Below, piece after piece: positions 28,413-36,789 of a stretch of 64,000 nt of DNA (its first letter is position 1; each line of letters begins with the position of its first letter). This stretch comes from a virus (Duplodnaviria; Heunggongvirae; Uroviricota; Caudoviricetes). The position numbers and the translations under genes are program-made. Where the stretch lies: IMG/VR virus record IMGVR_UViG_3300009784_000001, positions 278,418 through 342,417 of that record; one strand, given 5' to 3'. Below the pieces are notes generated by a model, which did no database searches, was not told where the DNA came from, and worked only from the letters and a program-made list of their open reading frames with translations.

Positions 28413-29384
28413 ATGCGATATTTATATATAAATGTAAATATTATGATAAAGGAACGAGAAGAATTAATTATTAAAATAATAAAAGAGAGTAATAGTATTT
28501 CAGAGGTTTGTAAAAAGTTAAATATATCTGTTACTAATGGTAATTATATAACAATAAAAAAAATAATAAAAAACAATAATTTAGATATATCTCATTTTAA
28601 AAGAGTTTCACAAAATTCTAATAAAAAGCGATATACGTTACAAGAAATTATGGTTGAAAATTCATCATACACCAATGTAAATAAATTAAAGAAAAGATTA
28701 ATTAAAGAAGGGATTAAGGAAAATAAATGTGAAATATGTGGAATAAGTAAATGGAATGGAGAACAAATTTCTTTACAATTGCATCATAAAAATGGTATCA
28801 CAAGTGATAATAGAATAGAAAATTTACAAGTACTTTGTCCCAATTGTCATTCTCAAACACATAACTATGGTGGGAAAAATATAGATAATAAAATAAGAGA
28901 AGATAGATTTTGCAGAATATGTGAGAAAAAGTTAAACGATACACAAAAAAAGTATTGTTCAATCAATTGCTATAATAAAAGTATTGATGATAATATTCCA
29001 ACTAAAAACAAAATCTTATCTTATATAAAAAATTATACAACACTTGTAGAATTATGTAAAAAAGAAAAAATTGATAGAGGGACATTTAGAAATTGGTGTA
29101 ATAAAAGACAATGTATAGATGATGTAAATTTTTTGTTGAAAAAAAATTTTGAAATAAAAATTTTAAATATTGAAGTTAAGAATGATTTATATGAAAAAAG
29201 ATGTGAATTAATAAATAAATTTAAAAAATTTGGGTCATTCTTACAAGTAGGTAAATATTATGGAGTATCCGATAATATGATAAGAAAAAGATGTAAAAAA
29301 ATTGGTTTACCTGTTCATACAAAAGAAATGATAAAATTAATAAATTCGGAAGAATGTCAGAGTGCTTTATTGTACAACTCTTGA
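28413..29384 (+). CDS. HNH homing endonuclease with HTH repeats
   Basis: CEICG..LQLHHKNG..DNRIENLQVLCPNCH. Confidence 0.85.
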   Translation: MRYLYINVNIMIKEREELIIKIIKESNSISEVCKKLNISVTNGNYITIKKIIKNNNLDISHFKRVSQNSNKKRYTLQEIMVENSSYTNVNKLKKRLIKEGIKENKCEICGISKWNGEQISLQLHHKNGITSDNRIENLQVLCPNCHSQTHNYGGKNIDNKIREDRFCRICEKKLNDTQKKYCSINCYNKSIDDNIPTKNKILSYIKNYTTLVELCKKEKIDRGTFRNWCNKRQCIDDVNFLLKKNFEIKILNIEVKNDLYEKRCELINKFKKFGSFLQVGKYYGVSDNMIRKRCKKIGLPVHTKEMIKLINSEECQSALLYNS

Positions 29385-29432
29385 AAAGTTGTGAACTTTC
29401 GAGTTCCGTAGGTTGGAATCCTACTTCTTCCG
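29348..29432 (+). tRNA. tRNA-Ser(TGA)
   Basis: CAACT-CTTGAAA-AGTTG. Confidence 0.9.
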
Positions 29433-29443
29433 CAAGATAATAA

Positions 29444-29516
29444 GGGATAGTAACATAGAAGTTTATGTGCTGGTCTGAAAAACCAGAAATGCTTGAGGCG
29501 GTATCAGCCTATCCCA
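29444..29516 (+). tRNA. tRNA-Phe(GAA), non-canonical T loop
   Basis: CTGGT-CTGAAAA-ACCAG. Confidence 0.8.
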
Positions 29517-29526
29517 CAAATTAAAT

Positions 29527-29612
29527 GCTTCAATGGGGGAATTGCTAGACCCGCTTGATTTAGGCTCAAGTTTCTGGGAACAGAAGTGTAGGTTGGATTC
29601 CTACTTGAAGTA
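29527..29612 (+). tRNA. tRNA-Leu(TAG)
   Basis: CTTGA-TTTAGGC-TCAAG. Confidence 0.9.
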
Positions 29613-29618
29613 CAATAT

Positions 29619-29690
29619 GTTCAGTTGCCAGAGTGATAATGGGGTAGACTGCAAATCTATTTTTCGTTGGTTTGAATCCAACACTGAATT
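29619..29690 (+). tRNA. tRNA-Cys(GCA)
   Basis: GTAGA-CTGCAAA-TCTAT, U73. Confidence 0.9.
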
Positions 29691-29702
29691 CAAAAAATAA
29701 AT

Positions 29703-29773
29703 GCTGTGTTAGTATAAGAGTATTACATTGGCTTTGTAACCCAAAAATGGGGATGCGATTTCCTCACACAGCT
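29703..29773 (+). tRNA. tRNA-Thr(TGT)
   Basis: TTGGC-TTTGTAA-CCCAA. Confidence 0.82.
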
Positions 29774-29782
29774 CTAAATTAA

Positions 29783-29854
29783 GGGCTTATCATATAATAG
29801 CTATTATGCCACCCCTGCAAGGTGGTTATTGGAGTGCAATTCTCCATAGGTCCA
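29783..29854 (+). tRNA. tRNA-Ala(TGC)
   Basis: G3.U70; CCACC-CCTGCAA-GGTGG. Confidence 0.85.
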
Positions 29855-29883
29855 CTTATTTAGCATTTATTAACTTGAATAAT

Positions 29884-29914
29884 TTTGATATTAGATAATA
29901 TTTTCTTATCTTTG
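29884..29914 (+). promoter_or_regulatory. Bacteroidota-type promoter
   Basis: TTTG...TATCTTTG. Confidence 0.7.
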
Positions 29915-29933
29915 TATCATTAAAATAAATGGT

Positions 29934-30548
29934 ATGAAAAAGATAGAATTAGTTTATAATAATTTAGATATTAATAATTTACCAGGTGAAATATGGGTAG
30001 ATGCTTATGATTTTGATGGTTATTATGAAGTATCCAATATGGGGAGGATAAAAACTTGTGAAAGAGAAGTCAGTAATGGAGTTGGGACAAGAATAGTAAT
30101 TAGTAAAATTAGGAAACAGGTTTTAGGTAAAGATGATAGATTAACTTGTCCCTTTACTATAAATAATGAAAGTATATCTATAAATGTTTCAAGGTTAATC
30201 TTTCAATCTTTTAACCCCACTAAGATTTTAGATAATTTAGTGGTTTCACATAGAAATAGATGTAAATGTGATAATAGATTGAATAATTTAAAAGTGGAAA
30301 CATTACAAAACAATCATTTTGATAATGTTCATAAGTATAATTATGGCTTAAAAGAACATTTGTTAAAACTGAATAAAATTAAACATGAAAAATTTGTCAA
30401 TACAATAAAAAGCAAAGTTTGTAATAAATGTGGAATAGAAAAAGATATAATAGAATTTGTATATAAAAGAGAAGGAAAAAGAGATGAAAATAGAAATATA
30501 TGTAAAATGTGTAGAAATAAACGTGAAAGAAATAGAATTAAAAAATGA
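29934..30548 (+). CDS. NUMOD4-HNH endonuclease
   Basis: EIWVD..YEVSNMGRIK; VSHRNRCKCDNRLNNL. Confidence 0.8.
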   Translation: MKKIELVYNNLDINNLPGEIWVDAYDFDGYYEVSNMGRIKTCEREVSNGVGTRIVISKIRKQVLGKDDRLTCPFTINNESISINVSRLIFQSFNPTKILDNLVVSHRNRCKCDNRLNNLKVETLQNNHFDNVHKYNYGLKEHLLKLNKIKHEKFVNTIKSKVCNKCGIEKDIIEFVYKREGKRDENRNICKMCRNKRERNRIKK

Positions 30549-30967
30549 GTTATAAAGATTTTTTTCAAAAACCAGAGTTTGATTTGGATGAAGTAGAAGA
30601 AAAAAGAGTAAATGCTTTGAAACCAGATGAAAATGGTGATTTAATGGAAAATGGTGATTATATTTTTCAGGATAGAGCAATTCATAATCAACAAGGTAAT
30701 ACAATTCAGCGTTCTTTTACAACTGTAAAGGGAGTTAGAGTAATGGAAGATACTTACATACCCTGGTCATGCTTTCAACCAATGAGGATGACTTTTGTGG
30801 TAGATTTGACATTGCCTGATGATACATTACCAACAACTGAAACAAGTTGGATGCAAAATTGGTATGAGCCTGAAGGATTTGCTCATCCTGCATTTGTAAA
30901 TTTTGAAGATGTTGTTGAATTTATAATTAAATGGAGAAAAAGTAACCCTAAAGTGGTTAATAATTAA
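30545..30967 (+). CDS. hypothetical protein
   Basis: ORF track. Confidence 0.6.
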   Translation: MSYKDFFQKPEFDLDEVEEKRVNALKPDENGDLMENGDYIFQDRAIHNQQGNTIQRSFTTVKGVRVMEDTYIPWSCFQPMRMTFVVDLTLPDDTLPTTETSWMQNWYEPEGFAHPAFVNFEDVVEFIIKWRKSNPKVVNN

Positions 30968-30975
30968 ATAAAAAT

Positions 30976-31048
30976 GTTCAGTTCTTCTAATGGTTTAGGA
31001 AGCAAGACTGATATTCTTGTAATATAAGTTCGATTCTTATACTGAACA
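30976..31048 (+). tRNA. tRNA-Ile(GAT)
   Basis: CAAGA-CTGATAT-TCTTG. Confidence 0.88.
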
Positions 31049-31050
31049 CT

Positions 31051-31128
31051 GTGTGGGTAGCTAATATTGGTTAAGGCACTAGATTGTGGCTCTAGGTTTT
31101 TATGGGGGTTCGATTCCCCTCTCACACC
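31051..31128 (+). tRNA. tRNA-His(GTG)
   Basis: CTAGA-TTGTGGC-TCTAG, C73. Confidence 0.9.
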
Positions 31129-31142
31129 AAAAATAAGAAAGT

Positions 31143-31173
31143 TTTGTTATTTAAAAAATTATTCATATCTTTG
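31143..31173 (+). promoter_or_regulatory. Bacteroidota-type promoter
   Basis: TTTG...TATCTTTG. Confidence 0.7.
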
Positions 31174-31193
31174 TATTGTAAATTAAATAAGAT

Positions 31194-31700
31194 ATGAAAA
31201 AAATCAGAAAATTTGTATTTGAAACAAACAGTTCAAGTTCTCATTCTATTACATTAGGTGATTTAGATTCATTTAGAAAAGATAGATATGGATTAAAATC
31301 TTGTATAGATGAAAATAACAATCTTGTATTAAAAGGTGGTGAATTTGGTTGGTATTTAGAAGATGATGAGGGTGCTGAAACAAAAGTAAATTATGTTGCA
31401 GTAGCTTTAACTTATTATTATGAAGCTGCGAAAGACAATGAAGAAAATTATTATGGTTTTACATTAGATGAAATCAATAATATTATTGAATTATTTAAAG
31501 AAGTTTTGAGAGAAGAAACAGATGCAGAAGTTGTTTTCAATTTTAAAGTAGGTTGGGAAGATTCTTACATTGATCATCAATCTATTGATATGATTGCAGA
31601 TGAAATTAAAGGTAAAAATGATTCAGAATTGAAAGAATTTTTCTATAATTTCATTTTTAATGAAAATTCAATATTAATAATTGATAATGATAATCATTAA
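31194..31700 (+). CDS. acidic phage protein with FETNSSS motif
   Basis: MKKIRKFVFETNSSSSHS. Confidence 0.7.
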   Translation: MKKIRKFVFETNSSSSHSITLGDLDSFRKDRYGLKSCIDENNNLVLKGGEFGWYLEDDEGAETKVNYVAVALTYYYEAAKDNEENYYGFTLDEINNIIELFKEVLREETDAEVVFNFKVGWEDSYIDHQSIDMIADEIKGKNDSELKEFFYNFIFNENSILIIDNDNH

Positions 31701-31899
31701 TTATGAATGAAGATAGTGGAGTTAGTTGTGGATGTGGTTGTTTTTCTTTTAGTATAGGTTGGGGGACTATTATTGCTGTAATATTAAGTTGAATGAAATG
31801 GCATTCAATTGGATGGGTAATTATTCATGGGTTATTAGGATGGTTATATGTAATATATTATATTGCAAAATATGTGTTATTAAATTAAAAATATATAAT

Positions 31900-32340
31900 A
31901 TGAAAAAAATTAGAATTAGTGTTTTTGAAACGAATAGTTCCAGCACTCATAGTCTTACAATTGTATCAAAAGAAGATTTTGAGAAGTGGAAAAAAGGTGA
32001 ATTTATTTTTGACAGAAGTAATGATGAATTAGTTCCTGTTAAAGAGAAGCAATATACAGAAGAAGATTATTTAAATTATCTTAAAGATAAAGCCAAAAAA
32101 GTTGCAAATGGATATATTTTTAGAGATGTTTATTATAAAAATCTAGATGAAATATTATCATTAAATCTTATTTCTAATGATGAAATGAATGAATATTTAG
32201 AAGATGAAGGATATGATTATGATTTTCAAACTTATAAAGATTGGGAAAATGATGAATATCTTGAAACATTTCAATATTCACATACTACTCCAAGTGGAGA
32301 TGAAATTGTGGTTTTTGGTAGATATGGTTATGATGGATAA
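31900..32340 (+). CDS. second FETNSSS-motif protein
   Basis: MKKIRISVFETNSSSTHS; ATG 31900 chosen by homology to the paralog. Confidence 0.7.
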   Translation: MKKIRISVFETNSSSTHSLTIVSKEDFEKWKKGEFIFDRSNDELVPVKEKQYTEEDYLNYLKDKAKKVANGYIFRDVYYKNLDEILSLNLISNDEMNEYLEDEGYDYDFQTYKDWENDEYLETFQYSHTTPSGDEIVVFGRYGYDG

Positions 32341-32488
32341 TATATGATTTCGATAATACAACAAAAAAATATAATAAAAGAATTTATTGATTATCTACCT
32401 TTTTCTGTTCTAACAAATGAACATTCTAGGTATAAAAAGGAAATAAGTTTATATGATTATCTTGAAGAATATATTAAAAAATTAAGAG

Positions 32489-33430
32489 ATGGAGATATTG
32501 AAATCATACAAAAATGGTAATGTTGAAATTACATTATATGATAATGGAACGAGGGTAATGGAATATGATGAAACTAAACCATTATTATTTGATTATCCTA
32601 CATCTATGGATATTAAAATTACTAATTATTGTGAAGGCGGAAAGATAACCAAGAATGGTGATTTTAAATTGTGCCAATTTTGTCATGAGGAATCAAATAA
32701 AGATGGAAAACATGCTAATTTAATTGAATTAAGTAATATTTTATTTGATATTCCAGAAGGAGTTGAAATTGCACTAGGTGGAGGTAATCCATTATCACAT
32801 CCAAATTTAGTTGCTTTTTTATTAAGATGTAAAAAACAAGGTTTAATTCCTAATTTAACAGTTAATAAAAATCATCTTGTTTTTTATTATGATTTATTAA
32901 AAAATTTAATAGATAATAAATTAATTTATGGATTAGGCATATCAATTCCTACTTCTGTATGTGAATGGAATGAAAAAGAGTTATTTTTTGTAAATTATAA
33001 ACATTCAGTTGCTCATTTAATTATAGGATTGCATTCTACTAAAATAATAAATATTTTAAGAAAGATTGGTTTCAAAAAATTTTTATTATTGGGCTATAAA
33101 GAATTTGGAAGAGGTATAAAATATTATAATAGTCATTCTAATAAAATAAATGAAAATATTAAAGAATGGGAAAACAATATATTAAATATTCTAACTACTG
33201 CTAATGTAATTTCTTTTGATAATTTATCTATTAGTCAACTTAATTTACAATCTAAATTGCCTAAGAAATTGTGGGATAAATTTTATCAAGGAGATGATTT
33301 TAGTTCAACTTTGTATTTGGATGCTGTAACTAAACAGTTTGCTCCTACTTCAAGAAGCAATAAAAATGAAAGGGTAAATTGGAAAGATATAAGTTTATTA
33401 GATTATTTCAGAGATAATAGAAGAAAGTAA
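32489..33430 (+). CDS. radical SAM protein
   Basis: DIKITNYC-x13-CQFCHE, EIALGGGNP. Confidence 0.85.
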   Translation: MEILKSYKNGNVEITLYDNGTRVMEYDETKPLLFDYPTSMDIKITNYCEGGKITKNGDFKLCQFCHEESNKDGKHANLIELSNILFDIPEGVEIALGGGNPLSHPNLVAFLLRCKKQGLIPNLTVNKNHLVFYYDLLKNLIDNKLIYGLGISIPTSVCEWNEKELFFVNYKHSVAHLIIGLHSTKIINILRKIGFKKFLLLGYKEFGRGIKYYNSHSNKINENIKEWENNILNILTTANVISFDNLSISQLNLQSKLPKKLWDKFYQGDDFSSTLYLDAVTKQFAPTSRSNKNERVNWKDISLLDYFRDNRRK

Positions 33431-33457
33431 AAGTTAGATATTTATTATAAAAAAGTA

Positions 33458-34312
33458 ATGAAGAATTTAGATGAAATAAAGTTTTTATTTGAAAGAAAAG
33501 AAGAAGAGACTTTTCAAGAATATAGTGATAGAAAGGAAAAAGAACGAAGTGTATCAAGTAGTTGTAATCATAAGGGGGGGGGGATTCTTAATGAATCTGT
33601 TTCAAAAAAAAGTACTTCTGAAAGACCAAATTTTATTTCTGAAATAAAAGGTTCAACAACTAATACATGGTCTTTACATAGACTTGATGAGATGACTGTA
33701 CAAAGATTATTAGGAAAACATTCTAATAATGGTTATATAATTATATCAGCAAGTAGAGGAGTGGAAAATGAATGGAATGAACAACAGAAACAAGAACAAA
33801 GAAGATTGAATAATGAAAATTATCAAAAATTATTAGCTTCAATAAAAAATAGTGGCTTTTCTTTTATTCCTGTATATGGTGGATTTGTTGAAAATTTAGG
33901 AGAAGAAGATGAAAGACAGGTTTATGAAAAATCATTTATTGTTTTGAATTTTAATAGAAAAGGAAATGAAATGGATTTTAATGAACTTTATCAAAAAGGT
34001 TTAGAATGGACTGAAGAATTTGATCAAGATTCATTTTTATCAAAGGCTCCTGATTCAACACCAGAATATGTTGATAAAGGAGGAAATGTAACAATGAAGT
34101 TTGGTGGGGATATAAAAGTAAATGATTTAACTCAACAATATTTCACAGATTTCGTTAAGTCAAAACAATTAGGTCAAGAAACAAATACAAAGGGTGATTC
34201 AATGAGTAGAGAACACAGGATTACTTTTGAAGGAGTATTTATAAATCCTGAACCTGCTACTTTGAGTGAAAGAGTTGTAAGGGATTATTTAAATGAATTA
34301 TTTTTGAAATAA
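33458..34312 (+). CDS. putative SAM lyase (T3 SAMase-like)
   Basis: YIIISASR..GGFVE..EKSFIV..EFDQDSFL. Confidence 0.65.
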   Translation: MKNLDEIKFLFERKEEETFQEYSDRKEKERSVSSSCNHKGGGILNESVSKKSTSERPNFISEIKGSTTNTWSLHRLDEMTVQRLLGKHSNNGYIIISASRGVENEWNEQQKQEQRRLNNENYQKLLASIKNSGFSFIPVYGGFVENLGEEDERQVYEKSFIVLNFNRKGNEMDFNELYQKGLEWTEEFDQDSFLSKAPDSTPEYVDKGGNVTMKFGGDIKVNDLTQQYFTDFVKSKQLGQETNTKGDSMSREHRITFEGVFINPEPATLSERVVRDYLNELFLK

Positions 34313-34333
34313 TGTGATATTTATATAAATAAA

Positions 34334-34426
34334 ATGAAAAAAAATACAAACATATTATTAGTTGGGCAACAAGGTTGGCAACAATTTGGACAAGGCTGTG
34401 GCAATGTTCCTGATAATGGTATGTAA
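34334..34426 (+). CDS. putative attenuator leader peptide 3 (Gly/Gln/Trp-rich, 30 aa)
   Basis: MKKNTNILLVGQQGWQQFGQGCGNVPDNGM. Confidence 0.85.
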   Translation: MKKNTNILLVGQQGWQQFGQGCGNVPDNGM

Positions 34427-34460
34427 GTATATAAGGATAACCTTCGCAAATGGTGGCTCT

Positions 34461-34497
34461 GGCTTACATTACTATTAAAAGTATGTAAGCCTTTTTT
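34461..34497 (+). terminator. attenuator terminator before tRNA operon 3
   Basis: GGCTTACAT/ATGTAAGCC + TTTTTT. Confidence 0.85.
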
Positions 34498-34504
34498 AAT
34501 TTAT

Positions 34505-34576
34505 AGATTAGTGGTATAATGGTTATTACACATCGCTTTGAACGATGGAATTCCTGTTCAATTCAGGACTAATCTA
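34505..34576 (+). tRNA. tRNA-Gln(TTG)
   Basis: CATCG-CTTTGAA-CGATG. Confidence 0.88.
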
Positions 34577-34690
34577 CATCATATCAATGGCAATAGATAT
34601 GATAATAGAATAGAAAATTTACAAATACTTTGTCCTAATTGTCATTCTCAAACTGATAGTTATGCAGGAAAAAGTAGTAGAAAAAAATAA
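34574..34690 (+). pseudogene. HNH endonuclease remnant abutting tRNA-Gln
   Basis: LHHINGNRYDNRIENLQILCPNCHSQTDSYAGKSSRKK*. Confidence 0.8.
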
Positions 34691-34693
34691 AAT

Positions 34694-34765
34694 GCGTCAT
34701 TCGTATAGTGCTTATTATGCGACTCTTCCAAAGTCAGGACATCGGTTGGATTCCGATATGGCGCA
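34694..34765 (+). tRNA. tRNA-Gly(TCC)
   Basis: GACT-CTTCCAA-AGTC. Confidence 0.88.
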
Positions 34766-34775
34766 CAAAATATAT

Positions 34776-34846
34776 ACGTGTTTGGTGTAATGGTAGCATA
34801 ACTCCCTCCAAATGAGTTGGTTAGGGTTCGAGTCCTTAAATACGTG
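34776..34846 (+). tRNA. tRNA-Trp(CCA)
   Basis: ACTCC-CTCCAAA-TGAGT, G73. Confidence 0.88.
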
Positions 34847-34908
34847 CTTACTTTGAAATGTTAAATAATCTAAAATTTTTATATTATCTAATTTATTAAC
34901 ATTTTCTA

Positions 34909-34940
34909 TTTGTATAATAGAAAAAATTATCTTATCTTTG
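34909..34940 (+). promoter_or_regulatory. Bacteroidota-type promoter
   Basis: TTTG...TATCTTTG. Confidence 0.75.
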
Positions 34941-34975
34941 TTCCATAATTAATAACAATTTAAATTTTTAATAAT

Positions 34976-36070
34976 ATGGCACATAATTTAGAGAACAGAG
35001 AGGGAGAATACAGTTTTGTAAGTGCAGCTTCACAACCTGCTTGGCATAATCTTGGTAAAGTTTTTAATAAACCTAATTTGACAATTGAGGAAGCTATTAA
35101 TGAAGTAAGAGCTAATTATAATGTAAGAAAAGATTATCTGTTACGAATTACTAATGAAGATATTGAAAGAATTAAGAATGGTTTACCATTGAATGAAGTT
35201 TTTGATATGAAAGATATTATCAAAACTCACCAATGTACTGTTCGTGAAGATTTGAATAATGTTTTAGGAGTTGTTGGAAGTGGTTATGAAGTAGTTCAAA
35301 ATCTTCAAGGATTTGAATTTGTTCAGGATATTTTGAATGGAATTGAAGGAAATGTTGGGAATAATAAGCCTTATATTCAAACTGCTGGTGTATTAGGAAA
35401 TGGTGAAAGAATTTTTGTTAGTGCAAAATTTCAAAATCCTGTTAAAATTAAAGGAAGTGATGATATAATTGAAGATTACATTTTGTTTACCAATGCACAT
35501 GATGGCTCAGGTGCTGTAATTGCTACTTTTACTCCAACAAGAGTTGTTTGTAATAATACTTTGAATATGGCATTGTCAGGAGCTAAAAATAAAATTTATT
35601 TTAAGCATACAAAGAATGTTCATGGTAAATTGGATTTGAAAAATACAGATAATTTGAATATGGCTTTGAGTGTATTAAGAGGACATCAAGTATATATTGA
35701 AACTTTAACTTCACAGTTAGCAAAATTGGAAGATATTAAATTGAATGAAAATGATGTTAAAAGAATTGTTGCTGGTACATTTTTAGAGCCTGCTCAAGTA
35801 AAAGAATTTGTTCAAAATCAGTATAATCTTGATAAATTGGATATTTCTACAAAAAGTAAAAATAATATTGAAAATATGTTACATACAATAGATTGTGGTG
35901 TTGGGCAAACCATGTGGAGAGGGACTGGATTATGGGTTATTAATGGTTTCACTACTTATTATCAAAATAATAAAAGTTATAAGACTGAAGAAAAGAAATT
36001 TGATAGTATTATGGACGGTGATGCTTTCAAGAAAGTTCAAAGAGCATATGATTTAGTAAATGCTTATTGA
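34976..36070 (+). CDS. DUF932/DUF945-family phage protein
   Basis: MAHNL..PAWHNLG..YEVVQN..NAHDGSG..TPTRVVCNNTL. Confidence 0.85.
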   Translation: MAHNLENREGEYSFVSAASQPAWHNLGKVFNKPNLTIEEAINEVRANYNVRKDYLLRITNEDIERIKNGLPLNEVFDMKDIIKTHQCTVREDLNNVLGVVGSGYEVVQNLQGFEFVQDILNGIEGNVGNNKPYIQTAGVLGNGERIFVSAKFQNPVKIKGSDDIIEDYILFTNAHDGSGAVIATFTPTRVVCNNTLNMALSGAKNKIYFKHTKNVHGKLDLKNTDNLNMALSVLRGHQVYIETLTSQLAKLEDIKLNENDVKRIVAGTFLEPAQVKEFVQNQYNLDKLDISTKSKNNIENMLHTIDCGVGQTMWRGTGLWVINGFTTYYQNNKSYKTEEKKFDSIMDGDAFKKVQRAYDLVNAY

Positions 36071-36554
36071 TATGTTGGAAGAAGGATTAATCAGTTATGA
36101 AGTAGCCCAGTTAGCAAAACAACTGGGCTATACTAATGGTAGCAGTACAAACTATATTTCATATGGTGAGGACTATGTTTATGATAATGATCCGAATCAT
36201 CCAGAAAGTTTTAGAAAAGGAGAGATAAGATTTAATGCAAGAACTTTCTGGAGAAATAAATCACAAGATGATGATTGTACTTTTCACTTATTTGAATCTC
36301 CTACTCAATCATTATTATATAAATGGTTAAGAGAAAAATATAATGTGGATATAAAAATTGAAAATATTTCAGTTGATGAAAAAGAAAAAATATATTATGG
36401 AACTATAAATATTGGAGAGTTTTCTGATTATGTATATAAGAAAACAACTGATATATTAATCACTTATATTTTAGATTATGATGAATATGAATTTTGTTTT
36501 GAGAGATGTCTTTTCAAAGTATTAAATTATTTAAATGAAAAACAAATTAAATGA
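36060..36554 (+). CDS. hypothetical phage protein
   Basis: SPTQSLLYKWLREKY. Confidence 0.6.
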   Translation: MLIDMLEEGLISYEVAQLAKQLGYTNGSSTNYISYGEDYVYDNDPNHPESFRKGEIRFNARTFWRNKSQDDDCTFHLFESPTQSLLYKWLREKYNVDIKIENISVDEKEKIYYGTINIGEFSDYVYKKTTDILITYILDYDEYEFCFERCLFKVLNYLNEKQIK

Positions 36555-36789
36555 AATAGAAAAGGTTTTTCTTTGGAGAAAAGAAAAAGAAAAATGCTCT
36601 TCTAAAATAATATGGCTTGTAGTTTATGAAGATAGTCATATTGCCACTTATGATGAAGATGCTGAATATATTGGTAAGGAATGGGATATTATTCCTTTTA
36701 AAAATAGAATAGTAATGCCTATTGATTTTGTAGAAGATTTAAAAATAGATCCTGTATTTAAAAATAAAGTAAAATTTATTCATGTTTGA
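36535..36789 (+). CDS. hypothetical protein
   Basis: ORF track. Confidence 0.55.
   Translation: MKNKLNEIEKVFLWRKEKEKCSSKIIWLVVYEDSHIATYDEDAEYIGKEWDIIPFKNRIVMPIDFVEDLKIDPVFKNKVKFIHV

Noticed and set aside
21623-28431. ORF-track calls 21623, 22246, 23260, 25724, 26158, 28231
   Set aside because: They overlap tRNA genes and arise from their higher GC content.
22351-34860. Theta (HDV-like) ribozymes after tRNAs
   Set aside because: No nested double-pseudoknot pattern was recognisable at tRNA 3' ends by eye.
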